Notes under the pieces: generated by a model | Databases searched by the model: none | Told to the model about the DNA's origin: nothing | What the model saw: only the letters and a program-made list of their open reading frames with translations | Made by a program: the position numbers and the translations under genes | NCBI GenBank assembly: GCA_965224245.1 | Contig: OZ245046.1 | Span: forward strand, 5,120,001 to 5,184,000 | Source: Candidatus Eiseniibacteriota bacterium | GTDB lineage: Bacteria; Eisenbacteria; RBG-16-71-46; CAZAMP01 | Reading direction: 5' to 3' | Length of the DNA stretch: 64,000 bases | Part shown: positions 40,508 to 50,220 of the stretch, one piece after another | Layout: each line of letters starts with the position of its first letter | Position numbering within the stretch: position 1 is the first letter of the stretch

Positions 40508-41254
40508 CTACCGGTAGGCCGGGTTGTCGAAGTCGAACCGACAGCCGGCCTCCCACTCCGAGCGCTGGTTCCCGTGCGCCGGAATGCCGCCCGCGTCCTT
40601 GAGCATCCGGGCCATGTGCATCAGGTTCCAGGTCATGAACGTCGTGTTTCGATTGGTGAAGTCGTTCTCGGGACCGCCGGATCCCTCGTCCAGGTAGGAC
40701 GGGCCGGGACCGGCCTCGCCCAGCCAGGCCGCGTCGGCCTGCGGCGGGATCACGTAGCCGAGGTGCTGGAGCGAGTAGAGGATGTTCATCGCGCAGTGCT
40801 TCGCGCCGTCCTCGTTGCCGGTGATCAGGCAGCCGCCGACCTTCCCGTAGTCGGCGTACTGGCCCTGTGCATTCAGGATGTGTGAGTTGGCGTAGAGCCG
40901 TTCGATCACCTGCGTGCACACCGACGTCTTCTCGCCGAGCCAGATCGCGCTGCCGATCACGACGATGTCGGCCGCGGTGACCTTCGCGTAGAGCCGGGGC
41001 CACTCGTCTGTGTCCCAGCCGTGCTCGGTCATGTCACCGTAGATTCCGAACGCGATGTCGTGGTCCACCGGACGCACGAGCTCGCACGAGATGCCGTTCT
41101 TCTCCATGATCCCCATGGAGATCCGGATGAGCCCCTCGGTGTGGGACAGCTGTGGGGTCTTCTTCAGCGTGCAGTTCAGGAACAGCGCGCGGAGATCGGA
41201 GAAGTCCCACCGACTCCGGCTGCACAGATCGAGCTGCCTCTCGTTCAGGCTCAT
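40508..41254 (-). CDS. Flavodoxin-fold NAD(P)H-dependent oxidoreductase (FMN reductase family)
   Basis: LNCTLKK…SHT, ADIVVIGSAIWLGE, GKVGGCLITGNEDG; ATG 41254 with AGGAGG. Confidence 0.88.
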   Translation of the reverse strand: MSLNERQLDLCSRSRWDFSDLRALFLNCTLKKTPQLSHTEGLIRISMGIMEKNGISCELVRPVDHDIAFGIYGDMTEHGWDTDEWPRLYAKVTAADIVVIGSAIWLGEKTSVCTQVIERLYANSHILNAQGQYADYGKVGGCLITGNEDGAKHCAMNILYSLQHLGYVIPPQADAAWLGEAGPGPSYLDEGSGGPENDFTNRNTTFMTWNLMHMARMLKDAGGIPAHGNQRSEWEAGCRFDFDNPAYR

Positions 41255-41301
41255 CACCGCCTCCTGGCTCAGGCCACCGACTCCGGCTGGACCCGACCAG
41301 G

Positions 41302-41847
41302 TTACACGCTCACCCGGCCCGCGCGAAGTCCGCGAGCGCGGCACACCGGATCCAGCGCCGCACGCCAGATACGACGCTTTTCGGCGCGCGAGATGGCGGC
41401 GTGCGCGGGGCTGGTCGAGGGCAGGCGGCGATGTCGGATGTCGCGATGCGTGCTCAGTGTCGGCAACACGTGACGCCGATAGTGGGTCTCGGCCGTCGCA
41501 CCGTTGAACAGCACGTCGCTGATCGCCGGGTGGGACGCGAGGAATCCCTCGATGTCGTTCGCGGTGACGGACCCGCCGTCGATCGCCGAATCGAGGCTGC
41601 CCCGCCGCGCGCACGAGGCCAGCACGTCCCAGAGCGCGAGGCCCCCGGCCCTCACGGCGGTCACCCGGACGTCGTAGGGCGAGTCGGGGTCGATGCCGAG
41701 GACGTCACACACGATCGGCCAGAACGCGTTTCGCGGGTGGGCGTAGTACTGACCGGCCTCCAGCGAGGCCACGCCGGGCATGCTTCCCAGGATCAGCACC
41801 CGGGCGAAACGGTCGCCGATCGGGGGGAAGCTACGAACGACCGTCAT
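41302..41847 (-). CDS. Uracil-DNA glycosylase superfamily, DNA-deoxyinosine glycosylase-like
   Basis: LILGSMPGVASL…QYYAHPRNAFW, LWDV, GSLDSAI, LPSTSPA. Confidence 0.9.
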   Translation of the reverse strand: MTVVRSFPPIGDRFARVLILGSMPGVASLEAGQYYAHPRNAFWPIVCDVLGIDPDSPYDVRVTAVRAGGLALWDVLASCARRGSLDSAIDGGSVTANDIEGFLASHPAISDVLFNGATAETHYRRHVLPTLSTHRDIRHRRLPSTSPAHAAISRAEKRRIWRAALDPVCRARGLRAGRVSV

Positions 41848-42055
41848 CGCGCTCGGTGCGGGTGAGCGTTGCCACGATCATCGAGCCGACCGCCGCGAAC
41901 GTCAACGACCAGAGCGCGAGTCCGGCCCAGTTGCCGGGGGTCGAGAACAGCGATGCCAGGGACGTCGTCTCTCGATCGAGCAGTCCCAGGCCGATTGCCG
42001 CCAGCAGGCTGGTGCAGGCGACGATCACGTACCGGCGGCGACTGTGCATGGCCAT
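41831..42055 (-). CDS. Small two-TM hypothetical protein
   Basis: Two hydrophobic helices; GGAG RBS; tightly packed with neighbours. Confidence 0.5.
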   Translation of the reverse strand: MAMHSRRRYVIVACTSLLAAIGLGLLDRETTSLASLFSTPGNWAGLALWSLTFAAVGSMIVATLTRTERDDGRS

Positions 42056-42076
42056 CTCCCGGGGACGAGCCCGACG

Positions 42077-42391
42077 CTACTGTGAGCTCTCGGTGGAGCT
42101 GTACGTGTACGACGACACCCGGCCGCCCGCGTCGAAGCTGATCTTCAGGTCCTTCGCCCGGGGCGTGCCGAAGAGCGCATACCGGTAGTGTGCATAGGTC
42201 CACGTGCGTTCGCCGTCCTCGACTCCCGTCCGCCACGGGTCGCCGAAGAGACGCTGCACGTCCGCCTGCGTCGTCTCGCCGATCTTCAACACGGTGACCG
42301 GCTCGGACGCGAAGTCGTGTCCGACGGTCGCGCAGGCGGAGAGCCCCGCGACCGCGAGCGGGAGGGCACAGCGGAGGATGCGAGGGCGCAC
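42077..42391 (-). CDS. SmpA/OmlA (BamE-like) domain lipoprotein
   Basis: Lipobox LSAC; LKIGETTQADVQRLFGDP…WTY; GTG 42391 after GGAAAGGAG. Confidence 0.8.
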   Translation of the reverse strand: MRPRILRCALPLAVAGLSACATVGHDFASEPVTVLKIGETTQADVQRLFGDPWRTGVEDGERTWTYAHYRYALFGTPRAKDLKISFDAGGRVSSYTYSSTESSQ

Positions 42392-42490
42392 ACGAGCTCC
42401 TTTCCACGATCGTGATCGGGTCCAGCCCCGGATGGCGCACGGCATGTTTGCGTCGATGCCGTGAAACCGAGGTGAGCCGTGATCCTACGC

Positions 42491-43162
42491 TCAGAGGCCG
42501 ATCGCGTCGAGGTCCAGTCCGGACTCCCGCTCCGCGAGCTCGGGTACCAGCTCGCAGAGACGCTTCCGTAGCGCCAGCCGGGCGCGGTTGACGCGACTGC
42601 GGACGGTGCCGCCCGGGATGGCCAGCACGTCGCCGACCTCCTCGTAGGAGAGCCCGCGAATGTCGCGCAGGATCAGGATCTCCCGGTGGATCGGGGGCAG
42701 GTCGTCGATCGCCCGGTGCACGAGACGAGCGGTGTCGTGCTGCTGCATCTGCCGGTCGGCGGGCACGTCGTCCTCGTTGGGCAGGTGCAGCGTGCCCGAC
42801 TCGTTGGTGCCGGTGACGGGATCGATCGGCACGCTGGAGCCCCGTCGCTTCATCGACCGGAGCTCGTTGCGCGCGATGTTCAGCGCGATGGTGTACAGCC
42901 ACGTGTAGAACTTGCCCACGCGGCGATACGTCCGGCGGTGCCGGTGCACTCGTACGAAGACGTCCTGCGCGAGGTCCTCGGCCCGGTGGCGGTCGTTGAT
43001 GACCCGGGTGATCAGCCCGACGATCTTGGCCGAGTACCGGTCGACCAGGACGCGAAACGCGTCATCGGACCCGCCGGCGCAGGCCTCCATGAGGTCCTCG
43101 TCGCTCTGGACCGAGAGCCCGGGCGGGGCGGGGGTCGGAAACGGGATGATGTTCGTCGTCAT
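42491..43162 (-). CDS. ECF sigma-70 family factor (paralog 2)
   Basis: AEDLAQDVF…FYTWLYTIALN; LRDIRGLSYEEVG…GTVRSRVNRAR; ATG 43162. Confidence 0.93.
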   Translation of the reverse strand: MTTNIIPFPTPAPPGLSVQSDEDLMEACAGGSDDAFRVLVDRYSAKIVGLITRVINDRHRAEDLAQDVFVRVHRHRRTYRRVGKFYTWLYTIALNIARNELRSMKRRGSSVPIDPVTGTNESGTLHLPNEDDVPADRQMQQHDTARLVHRAIDDLPPIHREILILRDIRGLSYEEVGDVLAIPGGTVRSRVNRARLALRKRLCELVPELAERESGLDLDAIGL

Positions 43163-43210
43163 GCTCCACGTTGCTCCTCGGTAGGGGTCGGAGTCGAGCC
43201 CCAACACTGG

Positions 43211-43239
43211 TTAGACAGCGATGCAGGGTGGAACGTTCC
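43211..43239 (-). promoter_or_regulatory. SigmaE (RpoE)-like ECF promoter upstream of ECF paralog 2
   Basis: Minus strand GGAACGT-N16-GTCTAA, close to the RpoE-type consensus GGAACTT-N16-(G)TCNAA. Confidence 0.6.
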
Positions 43240-43327
43240 GGAAGATTTGGGGTACACATGCTAACTGATTTGCTCGTAATCTGTTGAATGGATCGAGGGG
43301 GCGGACCGCCCCGGAAGGAGGACGAGA

Positions 43328-43738
43328 ATGAGCGTCCAGGAACGGATCGACGCGTTCTTGAACGGTGCGCCCCACGCCGTCGTCGGTGCCTCGCGCGATC
43401 GATCCAAGTACGGCAACAAGGTGCTTCGCGTCTACATGCAGGCCGGTCGCGAGGTCTACCCGGTCAACCCGACCGGGGGCGAGATCGAGGGGCTCACCGC
43501 GTACGCGTCACTGGATGCGGTCCCCCCGCGTGTGCACGGCGTCTCGATCATCACGCCGGCGAGGGTCACCGAGAAGGTGGTCGAGACGGCCGCGGAGCTG
43601 GGTATCCAGCACGTCTGGATGCAGCCGGGGGCCGAGAGCGACGCGGCCGTGGCCAGGGCCGAGGAGCTGGGTCTCAGCGTGATCTCCGGCGGACCGTGCA
43701 TTCTGGTCGTGCTCGGGTATCGCGAGCAGCACACCTGA
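43328..43738 (+). CDS. CoA-binding protein (YccU-like)
   Basis: AVVGASRDRSKYG, VYPVNP, VWMQPGAES, GPCILV. Confidence 0.9.
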   Translation: MSVQERIDAFLNGAPHAVVGASRDRSKYGNKVLRVYMQAGREVYPVNPTGGEIEGLTAYASLDAVPPRVHGVSIITPARVTEKVVETAAELGIQHVWMQPGAESDAAVARAEELGLSVISGGPCILVVLGYREQHT

Positions 43739-43784
43739 GGCGGTCCCGACGCGCGACCGAGGTGGATCCGGCCGCGTCGGCGGC

Positions 43785-44600
43785 TCACCCCTCGATCGCG
43801 GCCTCCAGCACGGCGCGATGGCGAGCCATCCAGGCCGCGCTCCGCGTCCGCCACGTGATCGCCCAGAGTGACGACGCGTCGAGAGTCTCGGCGGTCACCG
43901 AGCCGTCGATGGCCTGCTGCGCGGCGTCCTGGATGGCGAACTCGATCATGAGCTCCACGAAGCCCGACCGATCGGCGCCGCTCAGGCCGTAGCCATCGAG
44001 GAGCAGCCGCGCCTGCCGCGCCCGACGCTCGGGCGACTCGAGCCCCTCCTTGCGCGCAACGTCGTCGTCGAAGAGCCGCGCGTTGAGCCAGCATGCCTGC
44101 GCGAGCTCCACGTCCCGGTCGACGGGCCCGGCCACCTCCCAGTCGATCAGTGCGACCGGGCAGCCGTCGCGCGCCACGATGTTCCAGGGCGCGGGGTCCC
44201 CGTGACCGACCACGCGCGCCGAGCCGCCGAGCGATCGGCCGAACCACGGGCGCCACGCGGCGTCGGGACCGGGATCGAACGTGGCGGTCGCGTCGTGGAG
44301 GCGGCGCAGCATCCGACCCACCGCGTGGATCGAGGCGTCGCTCCACGCCTTGGCGACCGTCTCCCCCTCGATGTAGTACAGCGCCTCGCACCCTCTGCCG
44401 TCGAAGCCATCGCCGACGAGACGAGGTGAGCCGGCGAATCCGGCCTCCTCGAGATGCCTCAGCAGCGCGTGGACCGAGGGTGTCCACGGGCGGACGTCCC
44501 GCAGGACGACGTCGTCTCGACGGGCGACGCGGCTGCGACCGCCGCCGTGGAGCTCGACCTCGGAGGTGTCGGGCTCGCGGCGTTCGGCTGGATTCGACAT
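43785..44600 (-). CDS. Aminoglycoside phosphotransferase (APH)-fold kinase
   Basis: VHALLRHLE…GSPRL, GHGDPAPWNIV, ALIDWE. Confidence 0.85.
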   Translation of the reverse strand: MSNPAERREPDTSEVELHGGGRSRVARRDDVVLRDVRPWTPSVHALLRHLEEAGFAGSPRLVGDGFDGRGCEALYYIEGETVAKAWSDASIHAVGRMLRRLHDATATFDPGPDAAWRPWFGRSLGGSARVVGHGDPAPWNIVARDGCPVALIDWEVAGPVDRDVELAQACWLNARLFDDDVARKEGLESPERRARQARLLLDGYGLSGADRSGFVELMIEFAIQDAAQQAIDGSVTAETLDASSLWAITWRTRSAAWMARHRAVLEAAIEG

Positions 44601-44717
44601 GCGATGCTCCATTACGGCCGGTGGCGGCGGCGGACGGCCGTCGTCGCCCGCTCCCGTGGGATCGACAACCCCACAAGGATCGGCACGCGTGCCCGAGAAG
44701 TTGACCCCGGCGACCGA

Positions 44718-46658
44718 TCAGCGCGCGGACAGGGCGCGCGTCACGAGCTTCTCGGCCCCTCCGGCGGCCACGAGCTCCTGGGGTACGCGACCCAGCGCCG
44801 CGAACGCGAACTCGCGACCGTCGCAGCGCACGATCGAGTCCCGGAAGTCGACCTCGATGTCGCCGGCCACGATCGTCGGCGCGTCCGGGGTCGGATGCTC
44901 GGCTCGGAGGTGCTCCACCAGCTCGGGGCACTCGAACACCGGGAAGCCGTTGTTGAACGCGTTCCGCTTGTACGTCTCCGAGAAGCTGATGGCGATCACG
45001 CACGGCACCCCGCGGTACGCGAGGGCGGTCGCCGCCTGCTCCCGCGAGGAGCCGGTGCCGAAGTTGCGACCCCCGACGATGACGTCACCCCGCCGGTATA
45101 CCTCGCCGAAGCGGGGATCGTGGTTCTCGAACACCACCTTCGCCATCTCCTCGGGCGTCATGTCGTCCTGGTACGTCCACTTTCCGGCGAAGATGCCGTC
45201 GGTGTTCAGGTTGTCGGCCGGCATGAGGAGCGCGCGGCCCGAGACCGTCTCGGGGAAGCCGTCGAGGATCTCGACCGTGTTCGCGGCGCGCGGCTTCGGT
45301 GCGCTCACCGATGCCGACTTCCGCGCCGGCGTGACGGCGAACCGCGTCGGAGACGTGATGTATCCGGCCACCGCCGACGCCGCGACGACCGCCGGCGAGC
45401 CCAGATACACCTCGGCCTCGCGGCTCCCCATGCGTCCCTTGAAGTTCCGGTTCGTGGCGCTGATGCCGACCTCGCCGTCCTCGATCGTGCCGGCGCCGAG
45501 GCCGATGCAGGGTCCACACCCCGACGGCAACGGGATCGCGCCCGCGTCGGTGAGGCTCTTCCACGTGCCGTCCGCCTCGGCGACGGCCTGGATCTCGGCC
45601 GACGCGGCGGCGAAGTAGAACTCGACGCCGTCGGCCACGCGCTTGCCGCGAACCACCGCCGCGGCGTCACGCAGATCCTCGAGACGCGCGTTCACGCAGC
45701 TCAGGAGGTAGGCCTTCTGAATGGCGACACGCTTCGCCTCGATCTCCGGGATCGACGTCATCGTCTTGACGTGGTTGGGCCCCGACACGTGCGGGATCAC
45801 GGTGGCGAGATCCAGCTCCAGCTCGGCGGCGTACGTCGCGTCGACGTCGGCCTCGAGCCGCTCGGTGTACCACGCATCGACGTGGTTGCGCGTGTACCGG
45901 TCGGTCCGGCCGGCGCGAGCGAACGCATCGGCCCGGCTGCGGAGATAGTGGCCGAGCACGGCGTCGAACGGGAACACGCCGGCCAGCGCGCCCCACTCGG
46001 TGGTCATGTTCGCGATGCTCATGCGCTGGTCCATCGTCAGACCGGCGATGCCGTCGCCGACGAACTCCACGGCGTGGTTCAGCACCTCGTCCTGATTGAA
46101 CAGACCGCAGAGCGCGATGATGACGTCTTTGCCCACCACGCCGGGCCGGAGGGTGCCGGTGAGACGGACCCGCGCGATCTTCGGGACCTGCCACCAGGTC
46201 TGTCCCGTGGCCCAGATCGCCGCCGCGTCGGTGCGTACGACCGGTGTTCCCAGTGCGGCCGCGGCGCCGTACAGATTCGAGTGGGAATCCGAGCCCACGA
46301 CCAGGCTGCCGGGCGTGACGTATCCCTGCTCGACCATGACCTGATGGCTGATGCCCGTGCCCGCAGGATGGAAGTCGATTCCGTGAGTCGTCGCGAACGC
46401 CTCGATCCTGGCGTACTTGGCCAGGTTCGCCTCGGACCGGTTCTGGATGTCGTGATCGATCGCGAAGACCGGCTGCCGCGGGTCGTGCACGCGCGTGGCC
46501 CCGATCGACTCGAACTTGGGGATGACCGCACCGGTGTTGTCGTGCGTCATCACGTGCTTCGGGCGGATCGTCACGTAGTCCCCGGCGTGGACGCGCTCAC
46601 CCTCGGCGAGACCGACGGCGTAGCGGGTGACGATCTTCTCGACGAGGGTCTGACCCAT
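44718..46658 (-). CDS. lysF: Homoaconitase, single-chain fungal Lys4/LysF type
   Basis: QTLVEKIV, MTHDN, DHDIQN.SE.NL.KY, SDSHSN.YG, LGTPVVRTDAA.IWATG.TWWQ, SC.N, CGPCIGLG, SATNRNFKGRMG; fused small-subunit domain NLNTDGI…NFGTGSSREQA. Confidence 0.85.
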   Translation of the reverse strand: MGQTLVEKIVTRYAVGLAEGERVHAGDYVTIRPKHVMTHDNTGAVIPKFESIGATRVHDPRQPVFAIDHDIQNRSEANLAKYARIEAFATTHGIDFHPAGTGISHQVMVEQGYVTPGSLVVGSDSHSNLYGAAAALGTPVVRTDAAAIWATGQTWWQVPKIARVRLTGTLRPGVVGKDVIIALCGLFNQDEVLNHAVEFVGDGIAGLTMDQRMSIANMTTEWGALAGVFPFDAVLGHYLRSRADAFARAGRTDRYTRNHVDAWYTERLEADVDATYAAELELDLATVIPHVSGPNHVKTMTSIPEIEAKRVAIQKAYLLSCVNARLEDLRDAAAVVRGKRVADGVEFYFAAASAEIQAVAEADGTWKSLTDAGAIPLPSGCGPCIGLGAGTIEDGEVGISATNRNFKGRMGSREAEVYLGSPAVVAASAVAGYITSPTRFAVTPARKSASVSAPKPRAANTVEILDGFPETVSGRALLMPADNLNTDGIFAGKWTYQDDMTPEEMAKVVFENHDPRFGEVYRRGDVIVGGRNFGTGSSREQAATALAYRGVPCVIAISFSETYKRNAFNNGFPVFECPELVEHLRAEHPTPDAPTIVAGDIEVDFRDSIVRCDGREFAFAALGRVPQELVAAGGAEKLVTRALSAR

Positions 46659-46953
46659 GTGAAAGCGTGCTCCTCTCTGGCCCCGAGAACTCCTGGATCC
46701 ACGTGACGGGAATACTACGCTCAGTCACGAGAGCAGGTCACGTCGCGCCGAAGTTGTTGCCGTTTGAGGTCATCCCGACCGCCATCGTTCTCCGTCAGCC
46801 CCGAGTGTGATTCCGATCGTCCCGCCGCGCCTCACGATCGGAATGGGGCGCGGCCTCGCGATCGATCCTCGGCTCGCTTCCGATGCCGCGCACGTCGATC
46901 AATGTTCGATCAGGGATGGCGCGACCCAGGCGCCTCCGAGCTGGAGTGATCCC

Positions 46954-49911
46954 ATGCACACGTCTTCTGTCATTCGGGTACGGCCTTCCGGCCTCCTGGC
47001 CCTGGGGGCCCTGTTCGTCGCGGGGGTGGCGGTGGCCGGCCCCCGCCTGTCCGATCGGGCTCCGGACGACGTCCCGTCGCGGGACGTGATGGCGGCGATC
47101 TCGCGTCCGGATCCATCCGTCCTGCCTCCCCATGGATACGGGAGCCTCGTCCGTCTCTTGATGCAGAACCGGACGGACGTCCGGTCGGGGCTCCTGACCG
47201 AGGCCGAGGCGGCGGCCCGCGGAGGCACCGCGATCGCGGGGAGCCGGGCCTTTCCCGTGTTCCCGTTCCTGTACGACAACACGGGGTCCGCGCCCTTCTC
47301 GCAGGACGACCTCGAGGATCAGCTCTTCACCGGCCCCTGGCCCACGGGAACGATGAAGGAGTACTACGAGGAGGTGTCCTACGGGCTGTTCTCGGTGACC
47401 GGTCACGTGGAGGACTGGTTCACGCTGGACCACGACGACGACTACTACGAGGGCTTCAACAACGGCCTCGACGTGGACGGGAACGTCTACGAGGCGATGG
47501 TCGACATCCTCGATGACCGGGATCCGGGTCTCGACTTCGGTCTCTGGGACAACGACGGTCCGGACGGCGTGCCCAACTCCGGCGACGACGACGGCTACGT
47601 GGACTTCATCATGTTCGTGACCCCCGACCCGAGCGGCGCCTGCGGGGACAACGACAACATCTGGTCCCACACCTGGTTCCTCAGCGGGTGGGGTACCCAC
47701 TACGAGACCGACGACGCGGCCGCCGCCGCGGGGGTGGCCAACATCCGGATCGATCACTACTTCATGTCCGCCGGCATCGACTGCACGCTGCCCCGGCAGC
47801 GCGGCATCGGCACGCACTGTCACGAGTTCGGGCATGCGCTGGGGCTGCCGGACCTCTACGACACCGATGGTGGCTCCGAGGGCATCGGCGACTGGGGCCT
47901 GATGGGCAACGGCAACAACAATACCCAGGATCGTCCGGCTCACTTCACGGCGTTCCACAAGGAGCGCCTGGGATGGCTGCATTACTACGACGTGACCCAG
48001 GACGCCACGCACCTCTGCGTGCCGCCGGTGGAGACTCATCCGGCCGCGGTGCGGCTGTGGACACACGGCCGCGTGGGTGACGAGTACTTCCTGGTCGAGA
48101 ATCGCCAGCAGATCGGATTCGACGACCAGGTCCACGGCACGGGGTTCGTGATCTATCACGTGGACGAACGCGTGTACGCGGCCAATCTCCACGACAACGC
48201 CGTGAACACGGACGAGGCGCACAAGGCCGTCGACGTGGAGTGCGCCGACGCCACCACGGCCGCCCACGTGGCCGACGCCGACGACCTCGACCGGCGTGCG
48301 AACGAAGGCGACGCGGGTGACGTGTGGTGTCCGGCGACGGAGGACACGTTCGACGACACGAGCGTGCCCGACACGCGATCGTGCTCCGGCGGATCCACCG
48401 AGGTCTCCATCCAGAACATCGACGCCTGCACCGGCGTCGTGTGCGCCGACTTCAACGTGGGGAGCGCCTACGTGGCCGATCTCTGCATCCGTGATTGCGT
48501 GAGCGACGGCTGCGACGAGCTCTCACTCTGCGAAGGGTGGTGGGGGAGTCCCGACATCTGGATCGACAACGACGGCGACGGCGTCAGCGATCTTCCGGCC
48601 GACGCCCTCGAGAACGACCTCTGGTTCCGCATCCGGAACGTCGGGCCGGAGCCCCTCAGCGACGTCACCGTGAGCCTCTACTACGGGGACCCGGCGATGG
48701 GTCAGCTCTGGCCGTCTTTCGGTACCTTGATCGAGTCCCGATCGGTGACGTCGATCGACGTGGGTGAGGTGGTGGAGGACTACGTTCCGTTCGTCTATCC
48801 AGCACCGCCGGTCTACGTGGATCACTACTGCATCGGCGCGGTGGTGACACACGAGCTCGACCCGCAGAACAGCGAGTACCCGCCGAACGACAACAACGTG
48901 GCGCAGGTGAACCACCAGGTGCTCGTGAACCGAGCAGGCGGAAGCCTGCTGGCCGCCGGCTGCGGTCCCTTCGTCGAGAAGTCGCGCATCCTGCTGCACG
49001 CCCCGGACGACTACGCGCACGCGGTCGTACGGCTCGGTACGCCGCCGACGTTCGCCGACTACTCGATCCCGCCGGACTGGACCGTGAGCTTCGACCCGGG
49101 ACCTTACGACATCTACGGGACACCCGTGCCGTTCAACCTGACGGTGGAGTCCACGGAAACGACCCACCGTCAGATGGCGCGCATCCCGCTCACGCTGTGG
49201 GATCTGCAGCAGGGCCGCGCGATCGGTGGCGTTCTGATGAACTACGTGATCGACTGCTCCGCACCGAAGCAGGTCGGGGGCCGCGGCGCCGAGTGGCTCT
49301 CTCCGCACGGTGATTATCTCATCGGACCCACCGTGCTCGTGGAGTGGGATCGAGTCACCTCGGACGAGGACGGAGAGCCCGAGATCATCACGCACTACGA
49401 GGTGCAACGCTCGGATGATCACGGTACGCCGTGGACGACCGTGGAGCGCGTGGCGGTGGACGCGGAGCTGGAGATGCCGTGGTTTCAGTGGTACGACGAT
49501 CTCACGAAGACCTGCGACGTCGAGTACTACTATCGTGTACGCGGCGTGGACGCGGCCGGGTCGGTCGGCGCTTACTCCGCGACCATGACGCTGGCTTGCG
49601 AGCCCTTGGACGTGGCGGACACGCCCGGCGCGGTCGGATGGCAGCTCGACGCCGGCACGCCGAACCCGTTCCGGGGGCCGACGGAGATCCGGTACGGGGT
49701 TCCGGTGGCAGGGCCGATCCGACTGGACGTCTTCGACGTGCACGGGCGCCGCGTGCGATCCCTGGTGAACGGCGTCCGGGAGGTCGGTGAGTTCGCCGTG
49801 ACGTGGGACGGCCGCGACGACGGCGGTCGGGACGTGGAGCCGGGGATCTACTTCCATCGTCTCCGCGCGGGCGAGACGACCCTGACCCGGAAGACGACCC
49901 GGGTCGAGTGA
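46954..49911 (+). CDS. Secreted M6 (immune inhibitor A-like) metalloprotease with FlgD-Ig/T9SS-A-like tail
   Basis: YYEEVSYG, DNDGPDG.PNSGDDDG, IWSH, HEFGHALGLPDLYD, EYFLVENR; tail PNPF…WDGRDD…GIYF. Confidence 0.92.
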   Translation: MHTSSVIRVRPSGLLALGALFVAGVAVAGPRLSDRAPDDVPSRDVMAAISRPDPSVLPPHGYGSLVRLLMQNRTDVRSGLLTEAEAAARGGTAIAGSRAFPVFPFLYDNTGSAPFSQDDLEDQLFTGPWPTGTMKEYYEEVSYGLFSVTGHVEDWFTLDHDDDYYEGFNNGLDVDGNVYEAMVDILDDRDPGLDFGLWDNDGPDGVPNSGDDDGYVDFIMFVTPDPSGACGDNDNIWSHTWFLSGWGTHYETDDAAAAAGVANIRIDHYFMSAGIDCTLPRQRGIGTHCHEFGHALGLPDLYDTDGGSEGIGDWGLMGNGNNNTQDRPAHFTAFHKERLGWLHYYDVTQDATHLCVPPVETHPAAVRLWTHGRVGDEYFLVENRQQIGFDDQVHGTGFVIYHVDERVYAANLHDNAVNTDEAHKAVDVECADATTAAHVADADDLDRRANEGDAGDVWCPATEDTFDDTSVPDTRSCSGGSTEVSIQNIDACTGVVCADFNVGSAYVADLCIRDCVSDGCDELSLCEGWWGSPDIWIDNDGDGVSDLPADALENDLWFRIRNVGPEPLSDVTVSLYYGDPAMGQLWPSFGTLIESRSVTSIDVGEVVEDYVPFVYPAPPVYVDHYCIGAVVTHELDPQNSEYPPNDNNVAQVNHQVLVNRAGGSLLAAGCGPFVEKSRILLHAPDDYAHAVVRLGTPPTFADYSIPPDWTVSFDPGPYDIYGTPVPFNLTVESTETTHRQMARIPLTLWDLQQGRAIGGVLMNYVIDCSAPKQVGGRGAEWLSPHGDYLIGPTVLVEWDRVTSDEDGEPEIITHYEVQRSDDHGTPWTTVERVAVDAELEMPWFQWYDDLTKTCDVEYYYRVRGVDAAGSVGAYSATMTLACEPLDVADTPGAVGWQLDAGTPNPFRGPTEIRYGVPVAGPIRLDVFDVHGRRVRSLVNGVREVGEFAVTWDGRDDGGRDVEPGIYFHRLRAGETTLTRKTTRVE

Positions 49912-50220
49912 GCGCGCGGTGGGGGTCCACGTCGCCGGGCGTGTGAGCCGCCATCCGTGGCGGCTTCGGTGGCACGAGCCCGAACGACGCGTGTATCATG
50001 CACGAGCGGATGCCGATCGCCTCAGAATGAGGGTCGTGGGCCCGACGTTCGTCGGTCCCCGACCGGACGACGCCATGGACGCGCCGATGAAGACGATGAC
50101 ATTCCTCGCGAGCGTGTCCATTCGTTCACCTCGGCCACGGCTCGTGGTGGTCGCTGGCAGCGCGTGCGCCTGGTCACCCGGGGTGCCGGGCTTCGGCTCG
50201 ATGGCGGGCGGCGACGTCCG

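Noticed and set aside
43785-44600. Antibiotic-resistance gene
   Set aside because: The APH fold alone does not establish a substrate, and there is no mobile context.
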